A stretch of DNA of 63,760 bases, the filler included, from Octopus bimaculoides (taxonomy: Eukaryota): assembly GCF_001194135.2 (NCBI RefSeq). It is 5 parts of 5 records of this genome, joined end to end, with 100 filler letters (N's around TTAATTAATTAA, not from the genome) between each part and the next. Parts side by side here need not be neighbours in the genome. Positions count along the whole stretch, not along the records: positions 18,852 to 36,967 come from NC_069000.1; positions 37,068 to 55,689 come from NC_068985.1; 3 more parts are not named here. One strand, given 5' to 3'. Position 1 is the first letter of the stretch. Every line of letters begins with the position of its first letter. The translations under genes were made by a program, and so were the position numbers. Shown here in pieces: positions 25,555 to 38,990 of the stretch. The notes beneath the pieces are model-generated. The model was not told the origin of the DNA and ran no database searches. It saw only the letters and a program-made list of their open reading frames with translations.

Positions 25555-26175
25555 CAGGCGCAGGAGTGGCTGTGTGGTAAGTAGCTTGCTTACCAACCAC
25601 ATGGTTCCGGGTTCAGTCCCACTGCGTGACATCTTGGGCAAGTGTCTTCTACTATAGCCTCGGGCCGACCAAAGCCTTGTGAGTGGATTTGGTAGACGGA
25701 AACTGAAAGAAGCCCGTCGTATATATGTATATATATATATGTATGTGTGTGTATATGTTTGTGTGTCTGTGTTTGTCCCCCGCCAACATCGCTTGACAAC
25801 CGATGGCGGTGTGTTTATGTCCCTGTAACTTAGCGGTTCGGCCAAAGAGTCCCATAGAATAAGTACTAGGGTTACAAAGAATAAGTCCTGGGGTCGATTT
25901 ATTCGACTAAAGGTAGTGCTCCAGCACAGCTCTGTGTGTGTGTATGTACGTGTGTGTATATCTTCGTGTTTGTCTCGCACACCACATAACAACCGGTGTT
26001 CACATGTTTACGACCCGTAACTTAGCAGTTCTGCAAAAGAGACCGATAGAATAATGGCCATGCTTAAAAAAAAAAAATAAGAGCTGGTGACGATTCGTTC
26101 GTCTAAAATTCTTCGTGGCGGTGCCCTAGCATGGCTGTAGTCTAATGACTGAAACAAGTAAAAGATTAAAGATGA
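25555..26175 (+). mobile_element. Family B SINE (25555-25925) followed by a second 3' half (25960-26175)
   Basis: Full head caggcgcaggagtggctgtgtggtaag, internal microsatellite, repeated 3' module. Confidence 0.8.
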
Positions 26176-26567
26176 ACTTAAAATTGAGTATATATAGAAT
26201 ATTCATACATGTACATATAACCCAATACGTGCGTATATGCACTTTCTTCGCCTCTCTTTTATATCCTCACCTCTCTCCGTCTCTCTGACACACACATACA
26301 CACACAGACACACACACAGACACACACACACACATGCAGACACACATACTCATGCATACACATATTTTTATCGCAACTGACACCTCACATATATTTATTC
26401 GAATTTCACGTCACCGATCATCAGACTGGATATGTGTGTGCTTGTGCGTGTGCGTTTGTGTGTGTGCGTGTGTGTGTGTGTGTTAGCGTGCGCATATGGA
26501 TATTTATAGATAATGTATACCTAGGATTAGATCATCCATTATATCCTGCTTTTATAAGACGGCATTC

Positions 26568-26626
26568 TGCTATTTGATCTGGTCAAATGCTATTTGATCT
26601 GTTCAAATGCTATTTGATCTGGTCAA
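26568..26626. repeat. 20-bp tandem repeat (tgctatttgatctggtcaaa) x3
   Basis: Direct reading; one substitution in copy 2. Confidence 0.9.
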
Positions 26627-26979
26627 CTGACTTCGTATGTAGTTCTTCATTGGTATCTCTGTGGTGAAAGCATGAATAACACAATTCTTATTCTCTCCCC
26701 TCCGCAAGTTTATAGTCCTTTTATCGAAACACATTCTCCATGACGTATTTGAAGGAAAGCGAAAAAAAAAAAAGCAAAAAAAAGCAAGCGAAAACATTGG
26801 ACCGACAACATCGAGGCCGGGAAAGAATTCTATACTACGACATATGTATGTAACGAATAACAGGGATCAGTGGTGATTAGGAAATACCGAGGCACCTAGA
26901 GTGGCGCCCAAATGGCTGGCTGCACTAATCACAAAAAAAAAAAAAAATGATGAATATCATTTTAATTGTATTACATGCA

Positions 26980-27462
26980 TGAAGGCACACGGCTTAGTGG
27001 TTACAATGCTGGGCTCACAATCATGAAGTAGTAAGTTCGATTCCCGGAACGGGCTGTGTGTTGTGTTCTTGAGTAAGACACGTTATTTCGTGTTGTTCCA
27101 GTTCACTCAGCTGTAGAAATGAATTGTGACGTCACTGGTGCCAAGCTGTATAGTCCTTTGCCTTTCCCTTGGAACAACGTTGGTGGTGGTGGTGGGGGGG
27201 GGGGAGAGGATGGTATGCATGGTTGACTGCTGGTCTACCATAAATGACCTTACCAGGGCTTGTTCCTCGGAGGAGAACTTTCTAGGTACAATCCCATAGT
27301 CATTCATGACCGAAGGGGGTCTTTACCCTTTACCCCTTTACGTACGTGTTATACGGGGAGCAGGAATGGATATGTGGTTAAACAGTTCGTTTCACAACCA
27401 CGTGTTTCCGGTCTCGATACCACTATACAGCACCTTTGGCAAGTGTCTTTCATAGCCTCGTT
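26980..27462 (+). mobile_element. Family C SINE tail type 1 (26980-27330) plus 5' part of a family B SINE (27350-27462)
   Basis: Match to other copies in the window. Confidence 0.75.
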
Positions 27463-27700
27463 TTAGAGGAATTTGCTGAAGTTTCTTGCGTGAGCAGAAA
27501 ATGTGCAGATGCTTCTCGAATATGCATACATTCACACACACAAACATNNNNNNNNNNACACACACACACACTCAAATAGACACACACATACGAGTAAGTG
27601 AGCCAAAGAAAGAGGCACTCATCCCATTTAGTAGAAGTTACATATATTATTATTTAAAACAGTTTTATGGTTCGTTTCAGGAACCATACTGTTTTGAATA

Positions 27701-27735
<35 letters not shown>

Positions 27736-28935
27736 ATATGTGTGCTCGCGTGCGTGTGCATTCACGCACACAGATACTAACGAAATTTGAGATTTCAAAA
27801 GATTTGAGCATAGCGTACTTCATTACATGATACATGTATCCATGTCCGTACTTTATGCTGAGTAAGGCAAAATAAACGCATGTTGTATCGAAAGATATAA
27901 CCATTCAGTGAAATACAGACTGTAAAAGGTCTTAGGGGTTTACACCTCTCCAAGGTCCTTACCATGGCGTAAAAGAAAGCAGGAGTTAGAAACTTAATTT
28001 CTCAGTATTTTCTTTCGAAAGTTATCGGGACCGAAATTCATCCATCAAATTTCTAAATTCATGTTTTTATATTACTGATTGATCTATTTGTAACAGTTAT
28101 TCTGACACACCATTCGCAGAGTCACCATATTTAATGTAGAAGTGCATTGAAAAAGCAATTTTAAGCTTGAAATATTTATGCAAAGAAAAAATACAATATT
28201 AGCTGCGTTTTATATGTTTTCAACGGGAGACAATTCCAGTCATGTTTAGGCCTTATTTCATCAGTGAATCATTACCTACATCATATTTGCCGAAATAGTG
28301 ATGAAACAATCTTTAAGTAAACGTACAAGATTTATATTAATTGTTTTATCGATTAAAATTATTCTGAGGTATAAAATCTGTTACTCTCCTCTGGAACTAC
28401 CAAAGACACGAGTTCATTTCTCAAATTTCTACCAATTTCTTGTGTATTTTGTTCTTCTAATGCGGTCTTTTACTAAATATGTTAATATTTCGTTTTCGTC
28501 GCATAGTATAATTGAGTTTATTTCCTATTTGTATCATTTTTGATGCCGAGCAAGTTAATTATCTTCGTCATGATTTAACGCTATTTTCATCATGCGTCTT
28601 GTCTTCGCTTATCTTTAGAACAGCGGCAGAGTTTAGTTGTGGCAGTTTTATTAGTTGATTCCATCGTTGTTGCAAAACAGCTTCCTCCCTGCCATAGAAT
28701 GAGACGGGTTGATTGACGTTCTCTTATGGACAGTGGAAGTAAACGTTGAGAAACCTCTTATTAAACGCCCTGTTCTTATACTTTCGAGACTTGATTGCAT
28801 GAGTTATGTGCTGCATAGCCGAATTCTTCATAAATTTAGTGCTTTTATTTGTTTGTTTGTTTGTTTTTTTTTTTGTTTTTATTTATCTTGAGGCAGACTT
28901 GTAATTGATCTTACCTTAGAATAAGAATTTCTTTC

Positions 28936-29350
28936 GGGCGGCGAGACGACAGGATCGTCAACACACCGGGGACAAAATAACGGCGTTTCGTCCACCGGGA
29001 GCCGACTTTGACTTCTATCCTTTCGGGGTCAATGAAATAAGTACCAGTTGATCACTGGGGGTAGATGCAATCAACTAGCTCCCTCCTCCAAAATTTCAGG
29101 CCTTGTGCCTATAGTAGAAAGAGTGTGGATATATTAGTTTCAAATTTGGCACAAGGCCAGCAACTTCGAGGGAGTTGGGTAAGTCGATTACATCGATCCC
29201 AGTATTCAACTGATACTTATTTTATCGACCCCCGAAAGAATGAACGGTAGAGTCTACCTCGGCAGAATTTGAACTCAGAACGTAAAGAAGGACGAAATGC
29301 CGTAAAACATTTTGCCCGGCGTGTTAACGATTCTGCCAGCTCGTCGTCTT
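28936..29350. mobile_element. Tail-to-tail pair of family A SINEs (+ 28936-29121; - 29131-29350)
   Basis: Opposite-orientation copies ~10 bp apart. Confidence 0.8.
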
Positions 29351-30943
29351 ATTCTTCGTATTATNNNNNNNNNNNNNNNNNNNNNNNNNNNNNNNNNNNN
29401 NNNNNNNNNNNNNNNNNNNNNNNNNNNNNNNNNNNNNNNNNNNNNNNNNNNNNNNNNNNNNNNNNNNNNNNNNNNNNNNNNNNNNNNNNNNNNNNNNNNN
29501 NNNNNNNNNNNNNNNNNNNNNNNNNNNNNNNNNNNNNNNNNNNNNNNNNNNNNNNNNNNNNNNNNNNNNNNNNNNNNNNNNNNNNNNNNNNNNNNNNNNN
29601 NNNNNNNNNNNNNNNNNNNNNNNNNNNNNNNNNNNNNNNNNNNNNNNNNNNNNNNNNNNNNNNNNNNNNNNNNNNNNNNNNNNNNNNNNNNNNNNNNNNN
29701 NNNNNNNNNNNNNNNNNNNNNNNNNNNNNNNNNNNNNNNNNNNNNNNNNNNNNNNNNNNNNNNNNNNNNNNNNNNNNNNNNNNNNNNNNNNNNNNNNNNN
29801 NNNNNNNNNNNNNNNNNNNNNNNNNNNNNNNNNNNNNNNNNNNNNNNNNNNNNNNNNNNNNNNNNNNNNNNNNNNNNNNNNNNNNNNNNNNNNNNNNNNN
29901 NNNNNNNNNNNNNNNNNNNNNNNNNNNNNNNNNNNNNNNNNNNNNNNNNNNNNNNNNNNNNNNNNNNNNNNNNNNNNNNNNNNNNNNNNNNNNNNNNNNN
30001 NNNNNNNNNNNNNNNNNNNNNNNNNNNNNNNNNNNNNNNNNNNNNNNNNNNNNNNNNNNNNNNNNNNNNNNNNNNNNNNNNNNNNNNNNNNNNNNNNNNN
30101 NNNNNNNNNNNNNNNNNNNNNNNNNNNNNNNNNNNNNNNNNNNNNNNNNNNNNNNNNNNNNNNNNNNNNNNNNNNNNNNNNNNNNNNNNNNNNNNNNNNN
30201 NNNNNNNNNNNNNNNNNNNNNNNNNNNNNNNNNNNNNNNNNNNNNNNNNNNNNNNNNNNNNNNNNNNNNNNNNNNNNNNNNNNNNNNNNNNNNNNNNNNN
30301 NNNNNNNNNNNNNNNNNNNNNNNNNNNNNNNNNNNNNNNNNNNNNNNNNNNNNNNNNNNNNTTTGATATTAATAATGTTTTATTGTAACATGTATTAAAG
30401 TATCGATTGCAATTGTGTGAAAATAACTTAAAAATTGTAAGATTTTTAACTTTAAAATTTGTAAAACCAAACAAAGGAACCGTACTACCCATCGTGATAT
30501 CTGCACACTCAAATAGCAAAACAAGTACAACAGCACCACACACACACACACACCGCCACCTCCTTATAACTGCTATTCCTTCCTTTCTTTCCATCACCTT
30601 CCGCTTCTTCCCACCAAATACACACACAGAAATGCCCACATACAGCAATCAACCTTCTCATTGGTCAAAATTGGTAAACAGCCTTCAGTTAAACAGCCAC
30701 TAATGTTACTTCGCTCGAAGAAATGAATGCATGAACATGAGCTACCCGCTGTCCATGGATACTACGGGCTGCATTGTAACCATCCCAAGAATACGGACTA
30801 TGATCGTAAGAAAGATGTAATTTGTGGAAACGCCCGTAGCGATGGATTAAAATATTCATAAGTTCTATCCAAGGATTATGAGGCTATAGCCGGCATAATA
30901 GAATAGGAACATATTCAAAACGCTTCCCATAAACAAACTTAAA

Positions 30944-31006
<63 letters not shown>

Positions 31007-31009
<3 letters not shown>

Positions 31010-31160
31010 CTGAAATTTACAGAAAAACAAAAGACGAAGACAGGTGTATGAACAACAAGGATATGTATTAGATTGACGCTCTTGAATGTGAGAAAGTCTT
31101 TTACGTTTCGAGCCTACGCTCTTGAACAGAAAGGAATACAAGGAAATAAACAGAGAGTGA
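31007..31160 (-). mobile_element. Short Penelope-like terminal element with minimal hammerhead-like fold, embedded in (TA)n
   Basis: Homologous to 59252-59455; fold at 31133-31098. Confidence 0.6.
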
Positions 31161-32612
31161 ATATATATATATATATATATATAAATGAAACTATATATTA
31201 ATCCCATTAATCTATAGTTTCATAATCTAATTACTAACTACTCCAACTTCCTATGAACATATAGATCTTATATTCCCATAATCTTTGTGAAATAACTAAT
31301 TCATAATTCCATAATAACTAATCCAATAACTAATTTTATAATCCTAATCTTTATTCTAGAGAAACGCAACAAGAAGAAGCGACGAAAGTGGAAGAGAATA
31401 AAACGTAAGAAAAAGAAGGTCAGACGTAAACCGGTTTAAAGACTGAGTGAAAACTCAAAGCTGCACTCAATGAAGCCATTATCGATTAGAGAATTCAAAT
31501 GCAGAGAGAACAGACAACAGATATACTAAGAACGAGAGAAGAGAGCGAGAGAAACTGAAAAGTCATACTCAGAGAGTGATACAGAATGAGATTTTGGCTA
31601 ACAATTTGAAAGAACACTATAAACTAAGACGATAGCAAGATATGTTGAATAAATAATTGAAATATCCGTGAAGAAAGTGTAACCCCTAGCAGATATTCAG
31701 GCTATCAACTGAAGGAAAATTAACACAACACGAAAAGGAATGGGACTATATACATACGTGCATGACAGTCGTATATACACACATATGTGTGTACGTACAA
31801 ACATGCATGTATATATATATATATTTATGTTTATATATATATATTTATATATATATATATGTATATATATATATGTATATATATANNNNNNNNNNNNNNN
31901 NNNNNNNNNNNNNNNNNNNNNNNNNNNNNNNNNNNNNNNNNNNNNNNNNNNNNNNNNNNNNNNNNNNNNNNNNNNNNNNNNNNNNNNNNNNNNNNNNNNN
32001 NNNNNNNNNNNNNNNNNNNNNNNNNNNNNNNNNNNNNNNNNNNNNNNNNNNNNNNNNNNNNNNNNNNNNNNNNNNNNNNNNNNNNNNNNNNNNNNNNNNN
32101 NNNNNNNNNNNNNNNNNNNNNNNNNNNNNNNNNNNNNNNNNNNNNNNNNNNNNNNNNNNNNNNNNNNNNNNNNNNNNNNNNNNNNNNNNNNNNNNNNNNN
32201 NNNATATACATATATCAACAAACATATATATCTGCATATATGCTTACACACTATTTCAAATATAAATATAGAAATTTATTATGTAAACAAACATTTTTTT
32301 GACTCCCATATGAACTCACAGATGTATGTATAACTGATTCACGTTGCACTGCTATACAAATTAGACTGACCAGTTCTATTTTATATACACCAAATAGTTA
32401 AGAGCTACTAATCTCACAGTGGATAAAAAAAAATGTGTATTCCTTGCTTGTTGAAGATCGAAGATGAGTAGAAGCTAGTCAGATTAATACGAATTTTTCT
32501 GCCAGCGGAGATATTACTACTTGTTTGCAGCTTGTTTTTTTTTTTTCGTATGTTTATTACGATGTCTACTTTACATTTCAAATTATATGTGTGAGTGTGC
32601 GATTGTTTACAT

Positions 32613-32973
32613 CAGAGGTTCTCAACCGGAGTCCATATGACCCCGAGGGTCCATATAAGGGTTTTTTGGGGGAAGGGGGCACGCAACAAAATAATAAATT
32701 GGGTATCTACAACAGTATGTTAAGGGTCCCGGAAAACATTTTCCTTTAGATATATATAATGGTATGTATTTAAAAAAAACAGCTAGTTTTCTTATTCTAA
32801 CGTATTACATAGTCCAGCCTACACAAGTTAATGTGCGAAAAGCAAAATAAGAATTTTGAAAGAAGTTTCTATAAAAAAACTAGTTTTAGATATCGATTAG
32901 CTATGGGAACGGTCCACCAGAATAAAATAGTAATCAAAGGGGTCCATAGATAAAATATGGTTGAGAACCCCTG
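32613..32973. mobile_element. hAT-type MITE
   Basis: 15-bp TIRs cagaggttctcaacc / ggttgagaacccctg; 8-bp TSD gtttacat / gattacat. Confidence 0.85.
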
Positions 32974-33837
32974 GATTACATATATGTAAGTAGACATACA
33001 TATGTACCATACATACATACATACATACATACATACATACATACATACATTTATACATGATGATGATGATGGCTGTTTACTCGTGACCGAGGAAGACCAT
33101 CACTGACCATTGTCCATGCAAAATGTCAGCAATGACTGTGCAAAAATTTTGGGGCCAATAAAGTTTGCACGGCACCTCATAGATCCTCTCCATCCTATTG
33201 ACATGATTCAGAGACAAGGTGAAGAAAGATGTTTAGAGCTCAGGAATGTGGAAACACCATGATCTTAGGCGCAAATAAAAGATCCTTAAAATCTTCAATG
33301 CCATCCTCTACATATCTGGTTTTTATATCAGAGTAACCTTCTTCAAGAAACATGCCTAAACAAACGCTGAAGGTGGGGATCTCAGCTCCAGTGTTCTTCC
33401 GCACGCCAGACACAAGCTCGGAATTTCTAAGCGCTCCTCATACATACATACATACATACATACATACATACATCACAATTGTAAGCCATCCGATTTCTGA
33501 CAGATGTGTGTACTAATCATTGCATTTTTAAATGAAAACACAAATGCTATATAGATTCATACGTATTTGTATACATAATTATAAATATACATGCATATAT
33601 ATATATGTGTGCATGGACGTCTGTATGTAAGTGTGCACAAAACCTTATGTCTATGTGTATGTGTTTGTGTGTGTGTGTGTGAGTGGGTGTGCATGTGTGC
33701 GTGTGTATGCAATGCCATATATGTATATTTGTCATACGTAAGTGTAGTTACGATTATGTATGACAAATATCGGACTCCAAATACAAAAAGAATATAATGT
33801 GCGTATTTATAGTTTCATAAAAAAAGAAAATTAAGGG

Positions 33838-33903
33838 TGGCCACTGAAGATGGCCACTGAAGATGGCCACTGAAGATGGCCACAACTTCTTGCTGAAACC
33901 GTT
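33838..33903 (+). repeat. 13-bp unit (tggccactgaaga) x3.5 followed by ..gctgaaaccgtt
   Basis: Direct reading. Confidence 0.9.
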
Positions 33904-34486
33904 AATAGAATAATGAAATAAAAAAATAATAATAATAAATTATAACAATATATATAGATCGNNNNNNNNNNNNNNNNNNNNNNNNNNNNNNNNNNNNNNN
34001 NNNNNNNNNNNNNNNNNNNNNNNNNNNNNNNNNNNNNNNNNNNNNNNNNNNNNNNNNNNNNNNNNNNNNNNNNNNNNNNNNNNNNNNNNNNNNNNNNNNN
34101 NNNNNNNNNNNNNNNNNNNNNNNNNNNNNNNNNNNNNNNNNNNNNNNNNNNNNNNNNNNNNNNNNNNNNNNNNNNNNNNNNNNNNNNNNNNNNNNNNNNN
34201 NNNNNNNNNNNNNNNNNNNNNNNNNNNNNNNNNNNNNNNNNNNNNNNNNNNNNNNNNNNNNNNNNNNNNNNNNNNNNNNNNNNNNNNNNNNNNNNNNNNN
34301 NNNNNNNNNNNNNNNNNNNNNNNNNNNNNNNNNNNNNNNNNNNNNNNNNNNNNNNNNNNNNNNNNNNNNNNNNNNNNNNNNNNNNNNNNNNNNNNNNNNN
34401 NNNNNNNNNNNNNNNNNNNNNNNNNNNNNNNNNNNNNNNNNNNNNNNNNNNNNNNNNNNNNNNNNNNNNNNNNNNNNNNNNNNNNN

Positions 34487-34539
<53 letters not shown>

Positions 34540-35899
34540 CGCATACAAACATACGCACACACATATTCAGAGATACAGAAAATAGATTAGAGAATTGCTT
34601 ACGTGTTGAAAATTGAACGGAAAGAGCTCGAAGTGCTTGAGATAGTATTTATACCAGTTGGAAAACTGTGGTCAAGTCCAAACTATTCACCCCCGCTTAA
34701 TAGTTTCGTTAGAGATCCTATAAAGGCTCAGAAACACATGCTTTACATATGAGTATCGGGAACTCGGAACAAGAGTGGGATATCTTCCAAAACCTACACG
34801 CACTCATTCACGCACGTACATACATACATACATACATACATACAAAAATATCATGTTGATGAAGGAGCCTTGGCTCTAGATTAGAAACGGGTCTTTCTCT
34901 ATTGGCAGAATATTTTGAATACCCACACACACACGCACACACACACATACACACACACACACACACACATATATGCATATACATGTATATATATATGTAC
35001 ATATGTACATATATATACATATGTATATATATATCTATATATATGTATATATAATAATATTAGGGACAAAATCCAAAATTACAGGTAAAAACTCAATTAA
35101 AATCAATTTATAAAAAATCAAAATTAAATTGACCTTTATAGATTAATATATATATAAAATATATAGTTTTAGGGAAAATAACCAAGTTTCAAGAACTCAT
35201 CGATGAAAATCCACTATCACATATAGAAAAATTAATAATTAAAAGCACAATAAATGAGTATAATATAAAACAAAGTAAACATCATAAGATAAAGATAATA
35301 TATGTTTATATATANNNNNNNNNNNNNNNNNNNNNNNNNNNNNNNNNNNNNNNNNNNNNNNNNNNNNNNNNNNNNNNNNNNNNNNNNNNNNNNNNNNNNN
35401 NNNNNNNNNNNNNNNNNNNNNNNNNNNNNNNNNNNNNNNNNNNNNNNNNNNNNNNNNNNNNNNNNNNNNNNNNNNNNNNNNNNNNNNNNNNNNNNNNNNN
35501 NNNNNNNNNNNNNNNNNNNNNNNNNNNNNNNNNNNNNNNNNNNNNNNNNNNNNNNNNNNNNNNNNNNNNNNNNNNNNNNNNNNNNNNNNNNNNNNNNNNN
35601 NNNNNNNNNNNNNNNNNNNNNNNNNNNNNNNNNNNNNNNNNNNNNNNNNNNNNNNNNNNNNNNNNNNNNNNNNNNNNNNNNNNNNNNNNNNNNNNNNNNN
35701 NNNNNNNNNNNNNNNNNNNNNNNNNNNNNNNNNNNNNNNNNNNNNNNNNNNNNNNNNNNNNNNNNNNNNNNNNNNNNNNNNNNNNNNNNNNNNNNNNNNN
35801 NNNNNNNNNNNNNNNNNNNNNNNNNNNNNNNNNNNNNNNNNNNNNNNNNNNNNNNNNNNNNNNNNNNNNNNNNNNNNNNNNNNNNNNNNNNNNNNNNNN

Positions 35900-35946
<47 letters not shown>

Positions 35947-36405
35947 ATATATATGTATATATACACATCTATATGTGTGTGTGTACGCGTGCGTGCGCGT
36001 GACTCTGTGCGGGCATGTGTGTGCATGCGTGTGTATATTATATTACAGTATATTATATTGTATTGAGGAAAAGACAAGTTAATAAATGTTACGTACGTTT
36101 CGTAGAACGTCCACAATTTATTTCATACTACATAAAAAAGTGATGCAATTTTATACAATAAATTCAAAGTTAATTTACATCTTCAGACATTATAATTTTA
36201 TTTGCAATCAACTTATATAATTCAGACACAAAAAAAAAAAAAAATTATCAGCTTCTACAGACGAATAAAGATTATTGAAATTACTGTTGGAAGGCGAGTG
36301 GCAGGAACAAAGTCATAACGACTGAAAGACATTATGTTAACATAAAAAGTAAGGCTTCGCCTAAAAGGCGTTTTCGAAACCCGAAACTGGTAAAATAGAA
36401 ACACA

Positions 36406-36473
<68 letters not shown>

Positions 36474-36928
36474 CAATAATAATAGTAATAATAATGATAA
36501 TAATAATATGTTTTATTATTGTCTTTGCTTTTTCAAAACGTCGACGTAAAGCTGAGTAAGCTTTTTGATCTGTTTTCAATTTATCTTGGTTTTGGATAAG
36601 ATCAACTTACTTCAAACTTCCATCAATACTTTTTGTGTAGACATCTGCACATTTGTTTTTCAGCAGCTAAATGGTCTCTCAATAAATATTGTATATTTAT
36701 CCAACACTTTCTTCAGTTCAGCAACATTTTCTTTGCAATATCATATGATAACAGAGTGTATTTCATTAACAATTTTAAAAATATCGACAAATATAAGGAC
36801 CTAGTCAGGGAGAGAAAGAGATTGTGGAAAATTAAGATAACAATTATTCCAGTAGCAATTTACTGCGCTTCAGACAACGCCAAAACTGATACATATATAC
36901 CTAATACAAATATACACAGACATATATG

Positions 36929-36967
<39 letters not shown>

Positions 36968-37067
36968 NNNNNNNNNNNNNNNNNNNNNNNNNNNNNNNNN
37001 NNNNNNNNNNNTTAATTAATTAANNNNNNNNNNNNNNNNNNNNNNNNNNNNNNNNNNNNNNNNNNNN
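36968..37067. other. Artificial scaffold linker
   Basis: 44 N + TTAATTAATTAA (37012-37023) + 44 N. Confidence 0.93.
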
Positions 37068-37335
37068 TAGTTTCATTTTTTAAAGTGAAAGTATTTGACA
37101 TGAGTGTTTTTGTTTCACTTTTGACACGTAATACTTAAATAGTGGAGGAGATATTATGTTGCCGTGGGCTCGAACTCTGCACGAAGTAAAATTTTTTTTG
37201 ACTAAAACACAACTGGAACCCTAAGTAAGGCATCTGTAAAATTTGAATGAAATTGGTTGCGTAGTTCTCGAGTTTTAGGGATTCACTCAGACAGACAGAC
37301 AGACACACACATTCTCATTTTTATATATATAGATA
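37068..37335 (+). mobile_element. Possible Helentron-associated (DINE/HINE-like) non-autonomous element, 3' part
   Basis: aaatttgaatgaaattggttgcgtagttctcgagtt motif, then (acag)n and tttatatatataga end. Family resemblance is from recall only. Confidence 0.35.
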
Positions 37336-37659
37336 TATAGATATATATATATATATATACATAAACGCACATAGAGACTGATGTGTACATATACATGCAT
37401 ATAAGTAAGAAGCTGAGTATGATGTGAGTATAGGTGTGTGAGGGTGGGTTAGGTGTTGGTTGACAGAAATAATCCGATGAGCAACAAAAATTGTTGAGAA
37501 TTCCTGAGAATTCTTGAGTCATCATTTATTCTCATATTTCCAATGTTGACGGACCGGATTCACGTACAAAGTCAAACGTATACACATAGACATAATCACA
37601 CATAATCGCAAAAAACTACATAATCACACATGTGCACGCACAAACTCGCATTCTATACG

Positions 37660-37716
<57 letters not shown>

Positions 37717-38404
37717 CATACATGCATACATACATACATACATACATGCGTGCATACATAGATTGCTACATAGGTAGGGATGGGTTGGGTAAAATCAGTA
37801 ATGACTAAGATAAAATGTAGTTTTGATTTTGAAACCAAATCTATTTTTTACAAATGCTCCTACCTTTCAAAACCTGCATCAACTAAGCAAATGACTATCT
37901 CTAAGTGCATTAAAAACACGCTAACATAATCTGAACACTGTTTCAGAAAGCTAGCTTTTTTAGCGTATAAACAAATTTAGTTGGGGCAAAATGTGTAAGA
38001 CAAGATAAGGTAAACTTGTCTCTTCAGTCCTCCAGAATTACGTTTGAAAAAAGAAAAACACACACCAGTATCCATCCTTTGACACCAGGAAGATCAGAAA
38101 TGCAACAAAAATTAAAAATATGTTGATCAAATTGAACGAAGGATACGGAAGGAGTACATGATATGGAATTAACGAAACTTGGCTAAATCTGAAAACTCAA
38201 CATAAAATATTTTCTATAGCTTCTTTGTGATCTAAGTGGCTCTCTTCATGACATATTTGCTCACCATGTAATTAAAGAGAAATTATTGAAAGTAGTCATT
38301 ACTCGTTTTGCACTAGTTTAAGACAGCATTTTTTTTTTAATTGAAAATTATCAAATTAGACATTAGTGTGGGGAAAAATTGACTTAGAATCCAACAGAGA
38401 AAAG

Positions 38405-38620
38405 AATATTCTTTTCTACTCTAGGCACAAGGATCGAAATTCTTGGGGAAGGGGTCCAGTCGATTATATCGACGCCAGTATGCAACTGGTAATTAATTTA
38501 TCGGCCCCGAAAGGTAATGTCGACCTCGGCGGAATTTGAATTCTGAATGTAAAGACAGACGAAATACCGCTAAGCATTTCGCCCGGCGTGCTAACGTTTC
38601 TGCCAGCTCGCAGCCTTAGA
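38405..38620 (-). mobile_element. Family A SINE
   Basis: Near-identical to the reverse complement of 24411-24630. Confidence 0.85.
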
Positions 38621-38990
38621 AAAAAGAATATTGATTGTTAAATACAAAAAATTATCTAGATATTTTATTAGTAACCTATATTACAAACGAGTCAAATTTG
38701 AAGAAAAATTTCTTGAAAGAAAAAGTACCTGTCACCTGAGTATGTTTCAAACTCTCCCAACTTCAACAACAACAATTATGCCGACTGATTTCTAATCCCA
38801 AAGATGATGAAACGGTACAAAATAGTGATCTAATACTGGCAATATAATGCTTTCAAACAGGTAGGGAGAAAATAACGAGAAAACGTAAATTACACATCTT
38901 ATCCCAGTTACCCAGCGTAATGAGGAAGTTGTCCCCAAGCACTATTCGGCAGTGAAACGGCGAACAAACAAATGGCATACGTCAAGTATG

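Noticed and set aside
33062-33440. Possible RTE-like 3' end next to (GAT)n
   Set aside because: Tail resemblance only; no translatable motif found.
37855-37960. Candidate upstream GPCR exon ending GAA AG|gt (and GAC AG|gt at 38727-38734)
   Set aside because: The upstream frames do not encode a TM3-like sequence; the second hits a stop within about 15 codons.
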